In this document: positions 50,616-63,999 of the stretch, piece after piece | How the letters are laid out: every line of letters begins with the position of its first letter | How positions within the stretch are numbered: position 1 is the stretch's first letter | Assembly: GCF_964204645.1 (NCBI RefSeq) | Contig: NC_134025.1 | Span: 17,645,101-17,709,100 of the forward strand | DNA length: 64,000 bases | DNA from: Tubulanus polymorphus | Taxonomy: Eukaryota > Animalia > Nemertea | Direction: 5' to 3' | Program-made: the position numbers and the translations under genes | Notes under the pieces: model-generated | The model's input: only the letters and a program-made list of their open reading frames with translations | Databases searched by the model: none | What the model was told of the DNA's origin: nothing

Positions 50616-52029
50616 GTTCCACATCAAAAACAAATGCCTTTTATTATCATAATACTCCTTGTCTTAATATGAAATGAGAACATAGATATTAGCATTGTGT
50701 TTTGGTTGTGTAGCCAAACGAGCGTAGAAACAACAGTAGAAACTCGAAGACGGAACAGGCGGGGCTCCATGCACTCCGACTTGAATTATGTAAGGTTGCG
50801 TTACATAGTTCATGTAGGGATTTAGGTCAATTTCTTGGATGTTACTAGGAACTAGGTGTTATGCGTTTTCTGATTCAGTGTTTTTCATTAGGCGTTTTTC
50901 GAATACCGGCTTATAAAGATCTCAGTGCTAAAGATCTAAGTGCTCAGCACACTACTAGCCGCATGTGAAGGGTTAAAATGATGCGTATGTATGTATTATT
51001 TCAATGTGTAACTATTGATCTAAAGATGAACTGAAGAAGGAAACTTACATGCTCAAAAATGAAATTTTGTCAATTCAATCTAATTAAATCTAATGTGACA
51101 TAACTGTTCAGACGTTTTTAGGTGGTAATTAGTTCACCAAAATGGCCGACCCGTCGATTTGAATCAATGAAATCGGGCACAAAAAATCTGAATTTTGACA
51201 TTAAAAAATAAATTTTTTTTGTCAAAAGTAATTCATTTTAATTCTCTACACCTCCCCGATTAATAATATGCAGAAATAAAAATTTTAGAGAGGGGTACAA
51301 AAGTGCAAAAACGCCTAGTTTTCACTCTTTTTCACTTGTTCTACCTAAATCTCTACAGTACCAATGTTTAATTTTGATGCTAATTAAACATACGCTCGTG
51401 TACATTTACGAAAGTCTATATTAAGAATTTAGTTTCTTGTTTTAAACATTATAACATTTATTTTTAGAGAACCAATTTGCCCATTTTATACTAACTGATG
51501 ACTTCATATTTCAATTCAATAAGGGTCCCATATTAGTGTCCCGAATAGCAATGTTTATACCACTTACAGACATGATACAAGTCGGCTGATGTGACTTATT
51601 AATGTTTTTTATGGAATAATGTGAGAAATGAAAATTATTCGTATAGGGAAATAGCTATCTAGCTAGATTTTTGTGGTTTTCTAAGGTATACTATAAAACA
51701 CGTGGACAATTTGTTTACATTATGTAGTTTATTTACATGCTCCACCCGAACTTGAAAAATGAGCGACATCATGTTGCATGACCTAGATTACACGCTTACG
51801 ATCTAGACTATGATCAACATCAACCTTGATTGAATTAATTGAATTGAAACAAATCGTGCGAGTAAACACACTCGGGCCAATTCAATTGTGCGCGTTGAAG
51901 ATGTAGCGTGAAGATTTTTGCATCATATAATAGTTGTGGGGAGATTAAAATAAACATATAACAAGGCAATTTGATATTACGTATGTATGTGCCCAACGAT
52001 AGCCAGTAGGGAATGAGCCCTGAAGACAC

Positions 52030-54556
52030 TGATCTTTAGTATCCAAAAATGATGAGTGTATCCAGGGAAAACCATACTATAAAATATCATCGTCCTGCTA
52101 TCAATGGTTATTTAAGAATTGAGTTTACAGGGTTTTAGGCAAAAGACCTCAACTAGCCTGGACCTTTGACCCTAGACCTCCAAAATCACTAAGGCACATC
52201 CTCTCCCTAGGGGTAATCATACTATCAAATAGCATTGTCCTGTTATCAATTGTTCTTCTTGAATCTTGTTTACAAGGTTTCACATGAATAAACTGTAGTG
52301 ACCTTGACCTTTGATCCTTGGACCCCAAAATCAATTGGGCACACCCTCTCCATAGGGGTAATCATAATACGTAATATCATGATCCCGCAATCAACGGTTT
52401 AGTCCAGGAGCTAGCCCACATTTAATCAACAGTTTTAGTCAAGAAGGTTTGAGGTGGGGAATGTCAAGGTTGGCCCATATCTACTTAGGAAAGGAATGTC
52501 TTAAGTTTCAAAGCCGTGCCTGCGGGCGCTAGGTGGGCCCCCAAAAAATTGTTTTAATCAAGTTTTTGTCCAGCATCAATTTCAACATAAATCTGTACGG
52601 CATGGGCCAACTAAAATAAAATCATCACTTAAGACGAAATTTTCTGTGCCTAGGGTCCCTTAAGACCCCCTTTTTCGGGGGCCTAGGGCACTTTTAATCA
52701 ACAGTTTTTGTCCAGGTCTGATTCTACCTCAGAATCATAGTATTTTATGTGCTGATTCAGAAAATGTAACTTAAGACGACATTTTCTGTGCCTAGCCCCA
52801 CTTAAGACACCCTTAAAACCCCCTAATGCCCCCTTTTGTCAAAGAACTGGCTTCAATCAACAGTTTTTGTCCAGCATTAATTTCAACATAAATCAGTAGG
52901 GCATGGGCCAACTGAAATAAAATCATAACTTAAGACGAAATTTTCTGTGCCTAGGGTCCCTTAAGACCCCCTTTTTCGGGGGCCTAGGGCAATTTTAATC
53001 AACAGTTTTTGTCCAGGTCTGAATCTACCTCAGAATCATAGTATTTTATGTGCTGATTCAGAAAATGTAACTTAAGACGAGATTTTCCGTGCCTAGCCCC
53101 ACTTAAGACACCCTTAAAACCCCCTAATGCCCCCCTTTGAGAAAAATCATCTTTTATCAACGGTTTTCCTTCCATAATTCTCCAATCAATGATTTAATTA
53201 AACAGTAAACTAAATTTAAGAACAATAGTTTATATCTGCATAGTATCTTTCAATTCTTCATGTAACTAAAATTTGCAATTAAAAATCAATCCTTTTACAC
53301 AGTGTATATTTGTCAGACAAGCCCAAAAATATTGCTTGGTTTCAGTTACCTACTGTGCCACCCCGTGATTTGACATTTCTCAATTTTTGATATATTTACA
53401 AAAATCTTGATCTAGATAGGGTGTCTCGGTCAAACTTAAAATTTTGTAACTGTCTATAGACTTTGCACCGCAAATTGTTTATTCTGCTTCAGCTATATAT
53501 TAGTAAACTGAAAACTATTAAATCAGTATCATAATCCATCAATAAATCTCAGTCATCATCGATTCATCATCACCTACGTCGTCTCTCGCAGGGTCACTAT
53601 TGTCAATGAGATTTTCCGGACAATAAACTATTGTTCTTCAATTTAGTTTACTGTTTAATTAAATCATTGATTGGAGAATTATGGAAGGAAAACCGTTGAT
53701 AAAAGATGATTTTTCTCAAAGGGGGGGCATAAGGGGGTTTTAAGGGTGTCTTAAGTGGGGCTAGGCACGGAAAATCTCATCTTAAGTTACATTTTCTGAA
53801 TCAGCACATAAAATACTATGATTCTGAGGTAGAATCACACCTGGACGAAAACTGTGAATTAAAAGTGCCCTAGGCCCCCGAAAAAGGGGGTCTTAAGGGA
53901 CCCTAGGCACAGAAAATTTCGTCTTAAGTTATGATTTTATTTCAGTTGGCCCATGCCCTACTGATTTATGTTGAAATTAATGCTGGACAAAAACTGTTGA
54001 TTAAAACGATTTTTTGGGAATTTTTGGGGGCCCACCTACCCCCCGCAGGCACGGCTTTGAAACTTAAGACGTTCCTTTCCTAAGTAGATATGGGCCAACC
54101 TTGACATTCTACACCTCAAACCTTCTTGACTAAAACTGTTGATTAAATGTGGGCTAGCTCCTGGACTAGTATTTCTTGAATCATGTTCACAAGTTTTCAC
54201 ATGAATGATTTGTAGTAACCTTGACCCTTGATCCAGAAAATCAATAGGGCACATCCTCTCCCTAGGGGTAATCATACTACCCAATATCATTGCCCTGCTA
54301 TCGACGGTTATTCTTGAATCACGTTCACAAGGTTTCACATGAATGACCTGTAGTGACCTTGACCTTTGATCCTTGGACCCCAAAATCAATAGGGCAGATC
54401 CTCTCCATCGGGGTAATCGTACTGTGTAATATCATAGTCCTGCGATCAACGGTTCTTCTTGAATCATGTTCACAAGCTGATGCAGACTGAAGGACGGACG
54501 GACTGAGGCGGATACTAAGCCCCCCGCCCGCAGCCTACGCTGCGCTGGGTACAATA
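52030..54556. mobile_element. Helentron/HINE-type element, family 2 (units of about 146 bp), split by an Academ-like element
   Basis: Units tgaccttgacctttgatccttggaccccaaaatcaatagggc; GGAC microsatellite at about 54493-54503; GC hairpin at 54519-54550. Also present at 58680-59766. Confidence 0.75.
52400..54168. mobile_element. Academ-like non-autonomous foldback element
   Basis: TAG...CTA termini, TIRs of about 540 bp, flanks GTT/GTA (3-bp TSD with one mismatch). The left arm has a tandem duplication of about 301 bp. Confidence 0.75.
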
Positions 54557-55185
54557 AGACTGTCAGATGACTAGGAAATGAGAAAGCAAATCCTACAAAC
54601 GGCACAGGAATATTCGAGCTGATTAATAGACCGGTTTCTTCGTCGTATCATCAAATATGCCCTTACATTGATTGGCTACGGAAGATCAGCCAACTGCAGG
54701 GAGCATTTATTTTACATAAATTTAACAATGTACAGCGGCCTTCTAGACATTTTATGAAATTTCTTCTTGGAAATTTCGTCACAAATTCGTCGATTTCTCT
54801 TAAAATGAACGTGACATTCAAAATCCAATTTCCAACAAATTTTAGCCGCATAATCAATCTACATTTTGCACATAAATATTATCATTGATAAACTATTATT
54901 CAAATATCTTTTTCACATTATTGTGATCAACTTTTATCACCACTCAACTTAATGTAATGTGACATAATCTTGAATACGAAGTTACCGGAACCAGTTTTTG
55001 CAGCATATTTAACCTCATTTATCGGATCCTATATTAACTCAATGACTGTAAAAACAATTTGCGTTGGCTCGCTATAATCACACATGACATGAAACTGACA
55101 CACTAGTAGTAGCTCTCTTGTTACTCAGGAGCTAAAAATGAGGTGATTAAATTCATGAATTATTGGCGCCATTCCAAAAACATAC

Positions 55186-55276
55186 CCTTGAACGTAATGA
55201 GCGGTTTTCTAGTTCAATCCTCTTCAGCTTATCTTGTAGATTTTCAATTCCAACCATTGTCAAGTCAAAATTTGTT
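55186..55276 (-). CDS. Candidate internal exon encoding a coiled coil
   Basis: tttcag|91 nt|gtatgt; TNFDLTMVGIENLQDKLKRIELENRSLRSR. Confidence 0.3.
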
Positions 55277-56632
55277 CTGAAATTGAATGATTGAAAGTAT
55301 ATTCATTACATGTCAGTTTTAGATGAATCAGGAAAACTCTCTACGGGGGTACGGGGAAAATCTCAGGTTAATAACACTAAAATAACCATTGACAAAATGC
55401 TGTTTCTGTGTTATTATGATTATATGTAGACAATCACACGATGATAACAATAAATCACTGTTTTCATTTATCATTTTAACCGTCAGGTCAGTAAGTAAAA
55501 TTGCAGGGTCTCGACCAACTATGACAAAAGGCCAAAACAGGGTTCATAGTTGTAAGGCTATGAAAAAAAAAAGCACTAAAACGCACTTTTTTCAAACCTA
55601 AGTAAGCACTTTTTACAGGATAATCAGGCTAGATATTTTGAATTTCACTGCCATTCACTGCCTATCTTTAGCAAAATTCACTGCTAAATGCAGCAACTTT
55701 TAAAGAAATTTGCAATTTTTCGAGCCAGTGACCTAATGCCGACACTAAAATGCCTACACTTTAAATTGGTTGGAGTAGGCCTACTGATTTTACCAGCATA
55801 AATGAAAGGTTGAAGGGGAAAATAAAATTCACAATCTTATATAAAATATATTAATTTTTAAGATCACGGATCTATTCAAATAGAAGGGATCATATATAGC
55901 ATCCTTCTTTGAGTATGTAAAATCTTTGAAGGACTGCAGAAAAAATAAAGAATGAAAACTGGATTGACACTGGAACAAATACATCAGATTGATTTTGTTT
56001 TACTTCAAACTTAAGAGTGAAATATGGCCGGTTATAGGACCAATGTCTATCACTTTCAAAGACTTTTTAATAACAATTGGACTGATAACAACTAAAATGA
56101 AAATCAATTATTAAGTTTATTTCATTCAAAATAATAATTGCCCATGGGCCAAGAGGTTTTACCACAGCCTTATGAAGTGCAAAGATGAGGTGATTTGTCG
56201 AAGTTCAAATTACCAGTAAACGATAGAGGGACGCAATTTATAATATACAAGTATATTCGTTCACGGTTAAAAGAAAGAACCGTAGCAGCTACAGCGGCGT
56301 GTTGCAGATTTAAGGACAGATACTGCGCCAGATTCTATACAGACCAATTCCATCGCGACATTGTGTATAAAGACCGCCACAGCCGCATCCGGGAATCAGA
56401 GCGTAATGACGAAATGCATTCACAATACTCATTCTCCCCACACGATGCCCATACAAAGACATGCTTGTAATAGCTCTCTTGTTCCTCGAGAGCTAAAAAT
56501 CTGGGCCAGCGACTGACAAACGCTGCAGAGACAACCAAATGGTTCCCACACTTACATGAATCAAAAATTTCCAGGTTTTTCGCAAGTATCTCATGGGTGA
56601 TTTTCAATTATTTGAACCAAGTTACCATATCA

Positions 56633-58530
56633 AACTCGGGGTCCAGGGATGCCATGCCCACTTGGCAAGTGGTTTCAAATGCTCAACGATCTAACAATTT
56701 CAACATTCAACACCCCCTGGTGACCATATACAAAAACCAATGACCTTGAAACTCACCACAATCATAGAATATGTCAGCAGCTACAATTTTGTAATTGATA
56801 TAACAAAATATGCCTCCTTACCAATTTAATATGGAAAGTTATTCATATACAAAGATGCTAGGGCCAAAGTACCAAAATTCTGGAATTTAGAAAGGGGGTC
56901 TGGAGGCCCTCCCCCAGAAAAAATTTTGCGTTTTTGCACCGCCGGAGATGCGTTCTAGAGCGATCTGGGTGGTCTCGGTAACTGTTACTACATTTTCAAT
57001 ATGCGGAGCAGCACCATACGGGACGGATACTTTTCCTTGTGTCGATGTACTAGCGGCAGTATCACGATCGGCATCTTCCATCTGAAAATACGACGGAAGG
57101 CATTCGTTGTGCTTCACACCCCTCGCTGCCTTCTTATGCCGCGCGCTATCCGGGTGACGAAGAATATCTTTTTTCTCGCCACTACCGTATTTGACCTGGT
57201 CTTTACAAACGACGCAGTACGCCACGCCAGCTAAGTCTAACTTACGAATGTAGTTCGATAAGTAGTCCCCGTTACTGTCCTTATACTCTAGCCAGTGCCA
57301 GTTAAATTTATTTTTTATACCGCTGTCAATTGCCTTTATATCGGCCGACTCCCGACAGACAATCTTTCCGTGCGTGCTCATTTTGCAGACCGTCCCGCTT
57401 GACAGCTGCAGGTAAAAAGAAAGTTACAAAGCTGCGTGCCTCAGGACATAGCACGCACGTGCTAATAATTGAGATGATATTGATTAAATATAATCTTAAT
57501 TATTACCACGTGCATCTTCACATTGTTGGCCGTCAGCGGGACGATGTACAACGGCGCGTAAAGATTTGACTATTAATTGGAAATGGAGTCACAACAGTGG
57601 CGCTCCGCCTACGCACGCACAGATACCACAACAAGCACACCTATATACATTGTAGCAGAACGTCCTCGGAAACAGAGACCAAGATAAAATAACACAGAAG
57701 CGACGACGAGTACAAGCAAACGAACGCTTTTACGGTCCGTGCCATTACTGGTCGCCGCGAGGAATTCTCACCCAATTTCCGGAATTGACATCGGCGATCC
57801 TAAATTTCCGGAATTCCGGATATTTCCGGAAAACTAGCATCTCTGAATATACAAAATTTTGCAATTGATCATGGTAACAAAATATCCCTTGGTACCAATC
57901 CAATAAGGAAATACCAAGTTATTCTACTATTCAACGCCCCCTGGTGACCATATAGAATAACTAACGTCCTTGAAACTTACCACAATCATAGACGATGTCA
58001 TGAGCTACAACTTGGCAATTGATTGTAGTAACAAAATATGCGAAGGTACAACTATAATATAGAAATACTAAATTATTGTATTATTCAATGCCCTTGGTGG
58101 CCATATACAAAAAGCAATGACCTTGAAACTCACCAAAATCATAGAACATGTTATGCCCTACAACTTTTCAATAGGTTGTGGTAATGAAATATGCTTAGGT
58201 ATCATAAAATGTGGAAAAACTTTTTCCCACCTACGAATGAGTACTGATGACACCAAGATGGCCGCCAATTGCGCCATAATTGGCCGATCAAAAATACCTG
58301 TCTCAGGTATAAAACATCCCTTTCCAAAGAATACCCATCACAAATTGCAATGAGAAATGGCAAACCATTAGGAAGCTACAGGACTCAGAATTTTATCACA
58401 TTGAAGTGTCTTCAAAACTTCCCAAAATAACTCGATTCCGTCTACGGACGGACTGACGAACGGACGGACGAGGGACGAATAGAGAATGCAATAGCCCGCT
58501 CAGACTTAAATCCCAAGTGGGCTTAAAACT
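56633..58530. mobile_element. Helentron/HINE-type family 1 with tandem units of about 155 bp, split by a hAT derivative
   Basis: The start aactcggggtccaggga matches 44059; repeated units; GGAC tract and hairpin at 58445-58525. Confidence 0.75.
56850..57845 (-). mobile_element. Internally deleted hAT-like element with BED-type zinc-finger N-terminus
   Basis: TIR CARAGATGCTAG; flanks CATATA/AATATA. ORF 57381-56887 contains KNKFNWHWLE..AYCVVC..YGSG..DILRH..SARHKK. Confidence 0.7.
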
Positions 58531-58923
58531 ATCCTAGCCCATTACCAAACTCTGTGATACTAAACATAAACAATTTAATTGCTGATTACTGATGCTGTCA
58601 GATGCTATTGTACTTCTCCTTTCCTAAGGGACCCTTTTACCCATCAGAATCAAATGAAATCCAAAGCAGATACAGTACATCCTCTCCCTAGGGGTACTCA
58701 TACTGTGTACCATCATTGTCCTACTTTAAACAGTTCTTCTTGAATAGCGTTCACAACGGATCACATGAATGACCTCTAGTGATCTTGACCTTTGATCCTT
58801 GTACCCCAAATCAATAGGGCATATTCTATCCCTAATTGTTATCATACAATGTAATATAATTGTCCTGCTATCGACGGGTTTTCTTGAATCCTGTTCATAA
58901 GGTTTCACATTAGTGACCTCTAG

Positions 58924-59567
58924 CAGGGTTCATAGTTGTCAGGCCTTGGTTAAAATCAAGACTTATCATCTCCTTTGAAAAGTGAAAATCAACACTTTTT
59001 TAATCAAATGCGCAAACCATCAACAACTGTCACGCCAAAACTAACGTCCCATAGAAAGTTCATAACTAACACAACTATCCGTATTTTCCGACGATTAAGC
59101 TACCAAGGGCAGTTGTTCAGCCTAAAAAACATTTTATAAAGCTTTGCCGAATAAGCCGAGGCCCTTCATTAGATTTTAATTCTTCACTCAATTTGTCAAT
59201 TTGTTTGTCTTAATTGACGATGTATGAGGCTGACAATACGCGCCTGCTGATGTGTGAGAGTGTTGTTTATACTACCATTGCCGAGTCACTGTGCTATACA
59301 TACATATATAAACTTGCACAGGTATATATGTAACCCATATTCATACACACGCGGCTGACTGCTGACGCGTGTATATACAAATGATTTAACAACGTGGTAT
59401 TAGACCGCAATTTAACAAGTCAGAATCCATCCATCCACAAAATGTTGAAAAATATAAACATATACTTTTCATTTATTTCATAGAAATCAAAACAAATACT
59501 GGTGATTATTTTTTTTTTCTTAAATATACAAATAAATACCCACTTGGAAGATCCGCTACGAACCCTG
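58924..59567. mobile_element. hAT-like MITE with 5-bp TSD
   Basis: CAGGGTTCATAG / CTACGAACCCTG termini, TCTAG at 58919-58923 and 59568-59572. A related left end is at 55538. Confidence 0.8.
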
Positions 59568-59981
59568 TCTAGTGAACTTTGATCCTTGCATCTCAAAATC
59601 AATAGGGTACATCCTCTCCCTATGGGTATTCACACTAGGGAATATCATTGTCCTGCTATCAGAAGTTCTTCTTGAATTGTGTTCACAAGCAGATGTGTAC
59701 GGATGGATGGACAGAGGTGGATACCAAGTCCCCTGGCGGTGGCTTTACGCTGTACGGGGGACAAAAAGGGAGGTTACATCAAAGGATATACATTTGTTGT
59801 TACCAGGAATAATATTCTCAACACGTTCAAGTAAATCTAGGTAATGCTGAAGGTGGGAAGGAGAAAAGGAAATGAGCCCAGGAGTTAACTATTGAGCTAG
59901 AAATTTAGATAACAGTAGAAATGAATAATGAGATGAGTAGTACTACATGTATATAGGCACGAGCTTTGGCTACTAATGTTT

Positions 59982-61964
59982 TTTTTTAACCATTGAAATT
60001 TCATTATGAACATAACATTTACAATATACAATGGACAACCACAAATTGTCCGGGGACATTATATGTGGTCTCGGAACAAGAAGAAAAACAAAACAATATT
60101 AAGTTAATATAGCGGTTTCATGGCATATTATATTAGTTACATGATTGTTAAAAGTCTACATTCTACAGGTTTCAAGAATCTGGAGGTGTTTTCACATCGT
60201 ATGGGTCTTAACGAAGTCGGTGGCAATATAGAATAAACAAACATGCTTAAGCCAAGAGGATAAATGTTCAAGTAATGCATGGTCACTCAAAGACGACAAT
60301 ATGCTGTGATAAAAGATGCGCATATACTTATTATTTGTAGATTTACAGCATGGTCAAGATTGTTTCTTCCATGAATGAGGAAATTACATTTATCTTTTTG
60401 GCTTAAGTTTGAACACATGTCATACAGAAACATATTTTCTAAGGAAAGGTGAAGGCGATTTCTAAGGTTAACTATTGTGGGTTTACGATATTTGATAAAA
60501 AGGTGGATTGTATCAAAACGCAGACTACAAAACTCACATAAGGGATTTGCGTTTTCAAAATTGTGGCGGGAATAGTGTGCTGGAAGCAGTAAATCCACTC
60601 GCAAGCAGTTCAGGTTTATTTCATTACTACGAGTTAAGATCGACATATCTGTAGTGCTGTAGGCCGTTTTAAGCGTATTTGATCGAATTCTGAATTTAAA
60701 TCGAGACAAAGTTGGGAGCGTTCTAATTTCAGGCAAGGTTTTATTCCATCTCTGCATTAGAGAATACATTGGGGATGACATAATTTTGGCAGAGGGCGTC
60801 GGTGGAAAAGAATACGGGCGTCTTTCTCTCAATGCACGAACTGGAATGGACCTAAAACTATCAAAGAGGTTAGAAACATAAGGAGGACAAAGTCCGTTTG
60901 AGGCTTTGAACATATATATACTTAATCGGTCTATTCTCCGAGATGAAAGGGTCGACCAGTTTAGCGAATGCAATACTTTTTCAGTATTAGAGCCATGTAT
61001 ACAGCCAGAAACAAGTAGGGCTGCTCTGTAATGTAGCCCCTCTAATCTATCTAATGTTGTCTTTGGGGCACTGTTGTATATCACGTCACAGTAGTCGAAA
61101 TGGGGTCGGATAAATGACATATACATAATATTCAGGTGTCGAGATTTGATAAATTCACTAAGGTATTTGAGAGGATTTAATTTGGATTGAACCTTGGATT
61201 CAAGTTCCTGAATGTGAGCCGAGTAGGACAAATTGTGGTCGAGGACAAAGCCTAAGCGTTTATGTTTTATTTTGATAGGGATATTGTCGCCATATAATTG
61301 TAATGGTGGATAGTTTTTAGTGCCAGCTTTAGTAAAAATGATATCACAGCTTTTACATGGTTTAAATTTAAGTCCCCACGTAGTAGACCAGTCTGCTATT
61401 TTATGGAGGCCTTCCTGAATTATAGTGTTTCCTATACGCGGATTTTTTTGATCGACGGGAATATATATTGACGTATCGTCAGCATACAAAAATACCTCAG
61501 CGGATAGATTATCGGGTAGATCGTTTATGTATAATAAAGATATGAGTGGACTTAGTATGGAACCCTGAGGCACACCACTGTTGATGAAATTGTCTTTGGA
61601 TGGACTAGAAAGGGACCCATTTACTGAAATCCGAATTTTCCGATTATTCAGGTAGCTACTTAGGATATCATATAAGTTGCCGTTGATGCCGTAAGCAGAC
61701 CGTTTATGTAGTAACAGGGAGTGTGGGATTGAATCAAATGCAGCTGCCACGTCCAAAAATACCGCGCGAACATTGAAATTGCGCTCAAGTTTTTCATGGA
61801 TGAAAGAAGTTATACACAGCAATTGGTCACACGTAGAGTGGCCAGCGAGAAAACCTGATTGATTCATATATAATAAATTATTAGACAACAGATGATTAAG
61901 CATCGGATCAAAAATAACCTTTTCAAAAATTTATGATATTGTACTAAGTAGACTAATGGGACGA
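59982..61964 (-). mobile_element. 5'-truncated CR1-like LINE with open RT/C-terminal frame (60287-61903)
   Basis: QSGFLAGHST, LDVAAAFDSI, GVPQGSILSP, YADDTSI. A-tail (T-run) near 59980. Possible TSD TAATGTTT at 59974 and 61965. Confidence 0.9.
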
Positions 61965-62001
61965 TAATGTTTCATCACGCTTCATCACGTGAAGTGTCAT
62001 T

Positions 62002-62042
62002 CATCTGATGAAGCTTCTATACATTAGTAGCAAAAGCTCGTG
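62002..62042 (+). ncRNA. Decayed minimal hammerhead ribozyme motif
   Basis: CAT-CTGATGA-aGCT...AGC-aAAAG CTC-GTG with palindromic AGCT stem III. The inverted partner is split between 59958-59978 and 61979-61991. Confidence 0.5.
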
Positions 62043-62569
62043 CATCAAATAAATAGTTAACCTATCTAGTACTACTCGTCTCCTTATTCATTCAAAACCT
62101 GGTAAACACAGCTTCTCTACGAATCTTCAGATAACAGTAGGTGGGGGAATTACAATTAGACACTATAGGGCACAGAAGAATACTATCTTTGAATTTTTAG
62201 GCAGCTCATAAATAAAAGGTTACCAGTAAGAGGGAAAACATGAACGAAATTGAATCAAAGTTTATTTACTTGAAGAAAAACGATTAATAATACCTGAAAA
62301 ACTTATATTAAAAGTAGCTTGCATATGTTGAAGAGGATTCAACTTAAGTTTCTTAAATACATCGAGATAGCATTTCAACATCATAATGATCCAGATATCA
62401 AATAACAACTTTTCACCTTTATCAGCTTTAGATATTCTAAAGTCTGTTCACTCTCAAAAGAGCCAGGAAGGAGGGTCACTATGTACTGTCACTGAAAAAC
62501 ACAACCAATTGCAATGCATGTGTACATTAAACACAATCCATATATAGTATAATCATTTTCAAACTTCTC

Positions 62570-63999
62570 ATTCACTAAGTGGCGTCGCTAGGCTCCCCTC
62601 ATTTTCACTACATGCGTCTGTTTCACTATTGTTTCCTTCATTTGATACACGTCTGAATCACAGGGGCTCGTTACGATAGCTGGGGGTCCAAAATCAAAGA
62701 TTTGACCCAGTATCCTAGGTACCACCTATAAAAAAAGAAAAGGGAGCTAACATTTTGACATACAAGAATTGACCTTCTCATTTCAACCCCTCATAACTTC
62801 GTAACCGATCGACCGATTTACACGAAATTAGATTCATTTCATTCCCAAGAGGTGACTTTTTCGTTTGAGACCTTCCGCGACAAAATCGGATAAGAGACAC
62901 CCGAGAAATCACGACTCAAATCCGAAAAAAAGAGTCAAAATAGCCAAAGCCGGAATTACTAGGACGTCTCGGAGTAGTCGATTCCCGACGAAAAACGATG
63001 AGTTGACGCGGTTCCCGGACGTTAATCTTCACATATCATACATCGCTGGAAAGCTTATGAACTGACCTTATTGAAAAATGCTTTTATTTGATAATCCGTT
63101 CCGAAACCGGCGACAAGCGAGGTGATAATACGCACCGAACCGATAAATACGCACTTTAAGCGTCACTGAACCGCCATTGAGGGTGTGACGTCACGGGCTC
63201 TGAGGACTGATAAATTCGCGATACGTGATTGGTCGACTGAATATGTCAATTATCTAGCGTTGCATGCTGGGATTTCTCATGACGTCACGCAGTTAATGGC
63301 GGCCGGAATACACTTGGAAATCGTATTTATCGCATCAATCTGGATTATCAGCTCGCCAGTCGCGGGTATCGGAACGGATTATCAAATAAACGCGTCTTTC
63401 AATAAGGTCAGTTCATAAGCTTTCCAGCAATGTATGATATGTGAAGATTAACGTCCGGGAACCGCGTCAAATCATCGTTTTTCGTCGGAAATTGAGCACT
63501 TCAAGCCGTCCTAGTAATTCCGGCTTTGGATATTTTGACCCGTTTTTTCGGATTTGAGTCGTGATTTCATCGGGGACGGTCTCAAGCGAAAAAGTCACCT
63601 CTTGGGAATGAAACGAATCTAATTTCGTGTAAATCGGTCGATCGGTTACGAAGTTATGAGGGGTTGAAATGAGAAGGTCAATTCTTGTATGTCAAAATGT
63701 TAGCTCCCTTTTCTTTTTTTATAGGTGGTACCTAGGATACTGGGTCAAATCTTTGATTTTGGACCCCCAGCTATCGTAACGAGCCCCTGTGGTCTGAATC
63801 ACTCGATTCTGAAGAATCCGAATCAGCAGCTATATTGATGATAATCCTCTCTATTTATAAGTCTATTAATTATACCTCATCCCAAAATTCTTGTTCGACC
63901 TTCACTATGATTGCAGGCTTTTTCCAAATCCTCAGCTGTGACATTAGGGATTGAAATCACAGTGGTATGGAGGGAATCTCACAAATTCATGTCCATGTT
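62570..63999 (-). pseudogene. Tc1/IS630-like transposase C-terminal remnant, interrupted by a palindromic MITE
   Basis: KHGHEFVRFPPYHCDFNP at 63999-63946, then VTAED..KACNH/VKVEQEFWDE and an acidic tail ERIIINIAADSDSSESSDSD that continues beyond the MITE. Confidence 0.65.
62659..63791. mobile_element. 1.1-kb palindromic MITE, CA..TG ends, 8-bp TSD GTCTGAAT (P- or MULE-like)
   Basis: TIRs of about 410 bp, with the outer 175 bp or so identical. TSD at 62651-62658 and 63792-63799. Confidence 0.9.
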
